DNA of 64,000 nucleotides, taken from sequence record NC_028780.1, one strand, 5' to 3'. Below the pieces are notes generated by a model. That model was not told the origin of the DNA and ran no database searches. It saw only the letters and a list, made by a program, of their open reading frames with translations. Source of the stretch: Escherichia phage slur07. Positions 58,272-64,000 of this stretch are shown here, piece by piece; the stretch's first letter is position 1; every line of letters starts with the position of its first letter. Position numbers and translations under genes: made by a program.

Positions 58272-58954
58272 TGTTTGATTTTATTATAGATTTTGAAACA
58301 ATGGGAAGTGGTGAAAAAGCAGCGGTTATTGATTTAGCTGTAATTGCTTTTGACCCTAATCCAGAAGTGGTTGAAACATTTGATGAATTAGTTTCACGTG
58401 GCATTAAAATCAAATTTGATTTAAAAAGCCAAAAAGGACATCGTCTTTTTACTAAAAGTACTATCGAATGGTGGAAGAATCAATCTCCTGAAGCTCGAAA
58501 AAATATTGCACCATCCGATGAAGATGTAAGCACTATCGATGGTATTGCAAAATTTAATGATTACATCAATGCACATAACATCGATCCTTGGAAATCTCAA
58601 GGTTGGTGCCGTGGAATGTCGTTTGATTTTCCAATTTTAGTCGATCTCATTCGCGATATTCAACGTCTTAACGGCGTTTCCGAGAATGAGCTTGATACAT
58701 TTAAGTTAGAACCTTGTAAATTCTGGAATCAGCGTGATATTCGTACCAGAATTGAAGCACTTCTGCTTGTTCGTGATATGACCACGTGTCCTCTTCCAAA
58801 AGGAACTTTAGATGGATTCGTTGCACATGATTCTATTCATGACTGTGCGAAAGACATTCTGATGATGAAGTATGCTTTGCGATACGCTATGGGTCTTGAA
58901 GATGCTCCGTCAGAGGAAGAATGCGATCCTCTATCTCTTCCAACTAAACGATAA
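58271..58954 (+). CDS. dexA: 3'-5' exonuclease A (DEDD family)
   Basis: 227 aa; exo motif IIDFETMG; matches T4 DexA size and position. Confidence 0.85.
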   Translation: MFDFIIDFETMGSGEKAAVIDLAVIAFDPNPEVVETFDELVSRGIKIKFDLKSQKGHRLFTKSTIEWWKNQSPEARKNIAPSDEDVSTIDGIAKFNDYINAHNIDPWKSQGWCRGMSFDFPILVDLIRDIQRLNGVSENELDTFKLEPCKFWNQRDIRTRIEALLLVRDMTTCPLPKGTLDGFVAHDSIHDCAKDILMMKYALRYAMGLEDAPSEEECDPLSLPTKR

Positions 58955-58960
58955 AAAGTT

Positions 58961-58990
58961 GTTTACTTCCTCGGTTAGTTATGGTATTAT
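58961..58990 (+). promoter_or_regulatory. T4-type early promoter
   Basis: GTTTAC 58961-58966, TATTAT 58985-58990. Confidence 0.55.
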
Positions 58991-59017
58991 AACACCATAG
59001 CTACTGAGGATAATAAA

Positions 59018-59521
59018 ATGAAAATTTATCGTGTTGAATCATCATTTAGTATTCTTAATTATGAAGATGCTATAACAATACGTCGAGATCTTTGTGTTCA
59101 AATAACTCCGTACAGGAGTATAATAGATTCATGGAGTGAAGAGTGGTTATTACGCGTAGGTTATGACAGACCCAATTTTATGCATCATAGTAATGATAAT
59201 AAAAGAATTCCTGTGCCGCATGAAGACAAATTATTAGTTAAAAATGCTAATATAGCAATTAATACTAATTTTGAGAAAGAAGAATATGTAGGCGTAGATC
59301 ACTATATTCCAGGATGGTTTATAGCTCTTTATCATTTTGCTTTCGCTAGCGAATATGATATGATGAGATGGTTCACACGAGAAGAGCGTGAAGAATTAGC
59401 TTCTAAAGGATTTTATCTTGCTGTATACGAAGTTCCTGAAGATGAAGTTATCATTGGTGGGCACCAAGTAATGTTCCGCAAATCCCATGCCGAATTAAAA
59501 GGCTTTATTACCTTAGATTAA
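59018..59521 (+). CDS. hypothetical protein (motB region)
   Basis: 167-aa ORF. Confidence 0.5.
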   Translation: MKIYRVESSFSILNYEDAITIRRDLCVQITPYRSIIDSWSEEWLLRVGYDRPNFMHHSNDNKRIPVPHEDKLLVKNANIAINTNFEKEEYVGVDHYIPGWFIALYHFAFASEYDMMRWFTREEREELASKGFYLAVYEVPEDEVIIGGHQVMFRKSHAELKGFITLD

Positions 59522-59531
59522 AGAGAAAATT

Positions 59532-59969
59532 ATGATTAAAAATAATGCTGTTTATCAATTGAAAAAATTTGATGAAATTAAGAATTTTTCGGTACTGTCT
59601 AATACAGCTCATAATAAGTTTTGTGAACTTCTTGGTTTAACTGGCGGATATCCTTTTACTGTTATTAGTGTTAATAGCGGAATTCTTATCGGTATGATGT
59701 ATATTGAAATTAGAAACTATTATGGAATGGTATCACCGCTTATTATTTATGAAAAAGATTTTAGTCTATTGACAGAAATTGAAAAACCTGAAGACCCGAC
59801 TGATTTGTTGTGTAAGGCAGTTTATATTCGTCGTCCATTCGCGAATCCGATTGGCGGTTGGGTAACTGACCAGTGGATTGAAGATGGCGTTGAACTTCTT
59901 AATGTAGTTCATGCTGGAGAGTACTCCGTAGTTCCTCGCAGCGCAGTGATTAATGTTCGTGTAAGCTAG
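59532..59969 (+). CDS. hypothetical protein (paralogue pair with 60043)
   Basis: 145 aa; C-terminal VTDQWIEDGVELLNVVHAGEYSVVP shared with next gene. Confidence 0.5.
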   Translation: MIKNNAVYQLKKFDEIKNFSVLSNTAHNKFCELLGLTGGYPFTVISVNSGILIGMMYIEIRNYYGMVSPLIIYEKDFSLLTEIEKPEDPTDLLCKAVYIRRPFANPIGGWVTDQWIEDGVELLNVVHAGEYSVVPRSAVINVRVS

Positions 59970-59998
59970 TTTACAAACTCTTGGGACCAGAGTATAAT
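59969..59998 (+). promoter_or_regulatory. T4-type early promoter
   Basis: GTTTAC 59969-59974, TATAAT 59993-59998. Confidence 0.55.
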
Positions 59999-60042
59999 GG
60001 TCCCGCGGAGTATAAAATCTTTTTAACAAGTGAGAAATAACT

Positions 60043-60531
60043 ATGATTATTAATATTGGTGAATTAGCTCGTGTATCTGATAAATCCCGCTCTAAAGCAG
60101 CAGGAAAATTGGTCGAAATTGTAAGCATTCAGCTTAAACATGGCGTTAAAGATGAAGATTCTGAAGTAAAAGTGCGTATCATTCCTAAAGATGGAAAGTC
60201 TAAACCCCAGTTTGGCTATGTTCGTGCGAAATTTCTTGAATCTGCGTTTTTGAAAGCTGTTCCTGCTAAAGTAATTGAAACGATTGATACTTCACATGTA
60301 GGCGTAGACTTTAAGTGGAAACTCGGTCAAGCTATTAAGTTCATTGCTCCTTGCGAATTTAAATTTATCAAAGATGATGGAAAGGCTGCTTATACTCGTG
60401 CTATGTGTGGATATATTACCGATCAATGGGTAGAAGATGGCGTTAAGTTATACAATGTGGTATTTTTAGGAACATACAAAGTCATTCCTGAAAGTTGGAT
60501 TAAACACTATAGCAATGCTCTCTATGCATAA
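60043..60531 (+). CDS. hypothetical protein (paralogue pair with 59532)
   Basis: 162 aa; ITDQWVEDGVKLYNVVFLGTYKVIP. Confidence 0.5.
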   Translation: MIINIGELARVSDKSRSKAAGKLVEIVSIQLKHGVKDEDSEVKVRIIPKDGKSKPQFGYVRAKFLESAFLKAVPAKVIETIDTSHVGVDFKWKLGQAIKFIAPCEFKFIKDDGKAAYTRAMCGYITDQWVEDGVKLYNVVFLGTYKVIPESWIKHYSNALYA

Positions 60532-60555
60532 AGTTTAAAATTTTTTCATAAAACT

Positions 60556-60585
60556 ATATACATCAGTAGTTGATTATGGTACTAT
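60556..60585 (+). promoter_or_regulatory. early promoter-like element with degenerate -35
   Basis: TACTAT 60580-60585 inside 11-bp inverted repeat; upstream TTTTTTCATAAAACT. Confidence 0.35.
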
Positions 60586-60628
60586 ATCAATATCAACTAC
60601 TGATACAGAAAACAACTTGGAGAATAAA

Positions 60629-60898
60629 ATGGAAAACTTAATTATCATCGAGCAATCTTTCAACGATTATGGTATGGCTTACGGTTATCGTGCGATAATG
60701 GAAGATTCTCGTGGATGTGTTATCGATATTGCTGAATGTAAAGATTTACTGCAGCTTTTGAAGATTGTTCGCAAAAATTGGGATTGTGAAAACATTAAAG
60801 CTCGTGTTGTAACGGAAGAAGAAACTGTTTTTCATGATGTAAAATTTGCCAAAGGTGCTGCTACTCTTCTGAAACGCATCGCTCCACTGTTCAATTAA
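60629..60898 (+). CDS. hypothetical small protein
   Basis: 89 aa from ATG 60629; leader TTGGAGAATAAAATG as at 14880 and 42101. Confidence 0.45.
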   Translation: MENLIIIEQSFNDYGMAYGYRAIMEDSRGCVIDIAECKDLLQLLKIVRKNWDCENIKARVVTEEETVFHDVKFAKGAATLLKRIAPLFN

Positions 60899-60911
60899 TG
60901 AGGAAATTGTA

Positions 60912-61127
60912 ATGAAACGTAAAATTGTTCAGAATTGCACTAATGACGAATTTGAAGATGTATTATTTGATCCAGATTTGGTAGTAGTTCAAAAGGAACA
61001 CACCATCAAGTTTACTCACTTGACTTCGGTTTATGTGTATGAAAAGGTTGGTGATAAACAACCGATTTATGGTGTATTCCGTGAAATCACTGAAGACGGT
61101 ACAACTTACTGGAAGGAAATTTATTAA
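60912..61127 (+). CDS. hypothetical small protein (size and position of T4 cef)
   Basis: 71-aa ORF. Confidence 0.4.
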   Translation: MKRKIVQNCTNDEFEDVLFDPDLVVVQKEHTIKFTHLTSVYVYEKVGDKQPIYGVFREITEDGTTYWKEIY

Positions 61128-61546
61128 TGGCTATTAGATTTGAAGTTAATAAATGGTATCAATTTAAAAATAAACAAGCTCAAGAAGCTTTTATTAAAGA
61201 CCATACTGATAACGGAATCTACGCACGACGTTTAGGTATGGAACCTTTTAAAATTTTAGATGTTGACCATCTCAGTCGTCCTACTAAAATTGTGACATCT
61301 ACTGGCACGGTTGGATACGCAACAGGCGGTGATATCCTTGATGAAAACTTTATCTGGCTCTCCACGAATGAAGCAGAGTTCTTTGACGAAGTTGGAAATC
61401 CATATCAAGCGTCCGAAGAGCAAAAGCAGGAAGAGCAAGAACAAATAGAAGATTTCACAGAATTCCCGGTCATGAAAGTTACTATTGAAAATAATGAACA
61501 GGCATGGTCCTTGTATCAGATGTTGAAAGCACACTTTAAGGAATAA
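61127..61546 (+). CDS. hypothetical acidic protein (position of T4 goF)
   Basis: 139 aa, acidic C-terminus. Confidence 0.4.
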   Translation: MAIRFEVNKWYQFKNKQAQEAFIKDHTDNGIYARRLGMEPFKILDVDHLSRPTKIVTSTGTVGYATGGDILDENFIWLSTNEAEFFDEVGNPYQASEEQKQEEQEQIEDFTEFPVMKVTIENNEQAWSLYQMLKAHFKE

Positions 61547-61548
61547 TT

Positions 61549-61725
61549 ATGCCAATGTATGATTATAAATGCCAATCCGAAGATTGCGGGCATGAATATG
61601 AAAAAATTAAAAAGATTTCTGAACGAGAAAATGATGTTTGTCCTAAATGTCATCGTCTGTCTACTCGTCGGCCTTCTGCTCCTAAGCATGTGAATGGCGG
61701 TTTTTACGACTTACTTAAAGGGTAA
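61549..61725 (+). CDS. FmdB-type zinc-ribbon small protein
   Basis: MPMYDYKCQSEDCGH...CPKCH. Confidence 0.5.
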   Translation: MPMYDYKCQSEDCGHEYEKIKKISERENDVCPKCHRLSTRRPSAPKHVNGGFYDLLKG

Positions 61726-61727
61726 TT

Positions 61728-62099
61728 ATGTTTAAAATCGGTAAGAAGTATCGCATTCGTGAAGGTGAAGAACAGAAATATCTATTTTCTGCTAGTAATA
61801 GGAATAGTTCTATTAATGCTGTAATATTGACTAGTGAATTTATCGTTGAAGATATGAAAGGTCATAATGTTACAATGATTAGTACAGCATCTGGAAATGA
61901 TGGAAAAATTCTTCATAGTTGTCAGAGTAATGTTCTAATTTATGATGAAGAATTTGACTTCTTCAAAGAAGTTTCCGAAGATTTTGATTTTGAATGTACT
62001 ATTACTATGAAATCTGGTGACCCTCTTTCTTTTACAGTTAAAGATGAAAGAAGTCGCTTGAGAATTATTAGTCTTCTTCAAGCCATTAAATTTGAGTGA
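61728..62099 (+). CDS. hypothetical protein
   Basis: 123-aa ORF. Confidence 0.5.
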   Translation: MFKIGKKYRIREGEEQKYLFSASNRNSSINAVILTSEFIVEDMKGHNVTMISTASGNDGKILHSCQSNVLIYDEEFDFFKEVSEDFDFECTITMKSGDPLSFTVKDERSRLRIISLLQAIKFE

Positions 62100-62365
62100 A
62101 AATTATGAAATATATTAATCGTTCTATCGCTGCATTAGTATTAGCAGTGTCTTTAGCAGGATGTACTGATGCTGATAATGCAACCAAAGTTTTATCTTCA
62201 AGTGGTTTTACTAATATTGAAATCACTGGATATAATTGGTTTGGTTGTTCTGAAAATGATTTCCAACATACTGGATTTCGTGCTATTGGACCTACTGGGC
62301 AGAAAGTAGAAGGAACAGTATGTTCTGGTCTATTCTTCAAAGATTCGACTATCCGTTTTAAATAA
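62096..62365 (+). CDS. lipoprotein
   Basis: signal peptide with lipobox LAGC. Confidence 0.5.
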   Translation: MKIMKYINRSIAALVLAVSLAGCTDADNATKVLSSSGFTNIEITGYNWFGCSENDFQHTGFRAIGPTGQKVEGTVCSGLFFKDSTIRFK

Positions 62366-62407
62366 AAGGCCTTCGGGCCTTTAGCTTTATGATTACCGGA
62401 GTATAAT
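62365..62407 (+). promoter_or_regulatory. UUCG hairpin plus MotA-box-like middle promoter
   Basis: GGCC-TTCG-GGCC 62368-62379; AGCTTTA 62383-62389; 12-nt spacer; TATAAT 62402-62407. Confidence 0.45.
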
Positions 62408-62434
62408 ATTCCCGAAACCAAACGAGGATAAGTG

Positions 62435-64000
62435 ATGATTAAGAATGAAATTAAAATTCTGAGCGATATTGAACACATCAAAAAGCGTAGTGGCATGTAC
62501 ATTGGTTCTTCAGCTAATGAAATGCATGAGCGCTTTCTGTTTGGTAAATGGGAAAGTGTTCAGTATGTACCTGGTCTTGTTAAGCTTATTGATGAAATTA
62601 TCGATAACTCAGTAGATGAAGGTATTCGTACTAAGTTTAAATTCGCAAATAAAATTAATGTTACTATTAAAAATAATCAGGTAACAGTTGAAGATAACGG
62701 TCGTGGTATTCCACAGGCTATGGTTAAAACACCTACTGGTGAAGAAATTCCTGGTCCTGTTGCTGCATGGACTATTCCAAAAGCAGGTGGTAACTTTGGT
62801 GATGATAAAGAACGCGTCACTGGCGGTATGAATGGTGTTGGTTCTAGTTTGACAAACATTTTTTCTGTGATGTTTGTCGGTGAAACTGGTGATGGTCAAA
62901 ATAATATTGTAGTTCGTTGTTCAAACGGCATGGAAAATAAATCATGGGAAGATATTCCTGGAAAATGGAAAGGAACTCGTGTTACTTTCATTCCTGATTT
63001 TATGTCATTTGAAACTAATGAGCTGTCCCAAGTTTATCTTGACATTACACTAGATCGTCTCCAGACACTTGCAGTAGTTTATCCTGATATTCAATTTACC
63101 TTTAATGGTAAAAAGGTTCAGGGCAATTTTAAGAAATATGCACGACAGTATGATGAACATGCTATTGTTCAAGAACAAGAAAATTGTTCTATTGCGGTTG
63201 GTCGTTCACCGGATGGTTTTCGTCAATTAACATACGTCAATAACATTCATACTAAGAATGGTGGCCATCACATTGACTGTGTTATGGATGATATTTGTGA
63301 AGACCTTATTCCACAAATCAAACGTAAGTTCAAAATTGATGTAACTAAAGCACGCGTTAAAGAATGTTTGACTATCGTTATGTTTGTTCGTGATATGAAA
63401 AACATGCGATTTGATTCTCAAACTAAAGAGCGTTTGACTTCTCCATTTGGTGAAATCCGTAGTCATATTCAGCTTGATGCTAAAAAGATTTCACGTGCTA
63501 TTCTAAATAATGAAGCAATTCTAATGCCGATTATTGAAGCTGCCTTGGCTCGTAAATTGGCAGCAGAAAAAGCAGCTGAAACTAAAGCAGCTAAAAAGGC
63601 CTCTAAGGCAAAGGTTCATAAACATATTAAAGCGAATCTTTGCGGTAAAGATGCTGACACTACTCTTTTCTTGACTGAGGGTGATTCTGCTATCGGATAT
63701 CTTATTGATGTTCGTGATAAAGAACTTCACGGTGGTTATCCATTGCGTGGTAAAGTTCTTAATAGCTGGGGTATGTCATATGCCGATATGCTTAAAAACA
63801 AAGAACTATTTGATATTTGCGCAATCACTGGTCTAGTTCTTGGTGAAAAAGCTGAAAACTTGAATTATCATAATATTGCTATTATGACTGATGCTGACCA
63901 TGATGGTCTAGGAAGCATTTATCCTTCTCTGCTCGGGTTTTTTAGTAATTGGCCAGAATTGTTTGAGCAAGGAAGAATTCGCTTTGTCAAAACTCCTGTA
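62435..64000 (+). CDS. 39: DNA topoisomerase II large (ATPase/toprim) subunit, 3'-truncated by window end
   Basis: GHKL ATPase motifs (DNGRGIP, GGMNGVGSS), toprim EGDSA and DADHDG; open to position 64000. Confidence 0.9.
   Translation, partial: MIKNEIKILSDIEHIKKRSGMYIGSSANEMHERFLFGKWESVQYVPGLVKLIDEIIDNSVDEGIRTKFKFANKINVTIKNNQVTVEDNGRGIPQAMVKTPTGEEIPGPVAAWTIPKAGGNFGDDKERVTGGMNGVGSSLTNIFSVMFVGETGDGQNNIVVRCSNGMENKSWEDIPGKWKGTRVTFIPDFMSFETNELSQVYLDITLDRLQTLAVVYPDIQFTFNGKKVQGNFKKYARQYDEHAIVQEQENCSIAVGRSPDGFRQLTYVNNIHTKNGGHHIDCVMDDICEDLIPQIKRKFKIDVTKARVKECLTIVMFVRDMKNMRFDSQTKERLTSPFGEIRSHIQLDAKKISRAILNNEAILMPIIEAALARKLAAEKAAETKAAKKASKAKVHKHIKANLCGKDADTTLFLTEGDSAIGYLIDVRDKELHGGYPLRGKVLNSWGMSYADMLKNKELFDICAITGLVLGEKAENLNYHNIAIMTDADHDGLGSIYPSLLGFFSNWPELFEQGRIRFVKTPV

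Noticed and set aside
62086-62502. 138-aa minus-strand ORF
   Set aside because: Overlaps the lipoprotein gene and the start of gene 39 on the opposite strand; no promoter or RBS.

Overview
This window is a near-contiguous, almost entirely plus-strand block of early/middle genes from a T-even (T4-like, Tequatrovirus-type) myovirus, running from the e.x/nudE/lysozyme region to the 5' part of topoisomerase gene 39. Recognisable T4 orthologues in T4 order include e, denV, regB, tk, rI, nrdC, 49, nrdD, nrdG, 55, alpha-gt, 47, 46, rpbA, 45, 44, 62, regA, 43, imm, 42, uvsX, 40, 41, dmd, sp, 61, 56, soc, modB/modA, dda, dexA and 39 (partial). Genes are tightly packed with ATGA/TAATG overlaps, GGGCTTCGGCCC-type UUCG hairpins, T4 early promoters (GTTTAC, 18 nt, TAtaaT), MotA-box middle promoters and TATAAATA late promoters. 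No rRNA, tRNA or CRISPR was found. All identifications are from reading the sequence and recalled T4 biology; no database search was run. The places that depart from what I recall of T4 are the most interesting: a macro-domain ORF next to tk, a nucleotidyltransferase-motif gene split by a frameshift, a tandem array of four ~300-aa paralogues with coiled-coil tails, an antisense HNH endonuclease with its own late promoter between 46 and rpbA, a DxD glycosyltransferase in the beta-gt slot, an intronless nrdD, a 61-56 interval with no dam but an antisense membrane ORF, and an extra capsid-targeting-sequence ORF in the dmd-61 island. Early promoter-leader cassettes are re-used as mosaic modules. 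No single system here can be called new from sequence alone; these are candidates.
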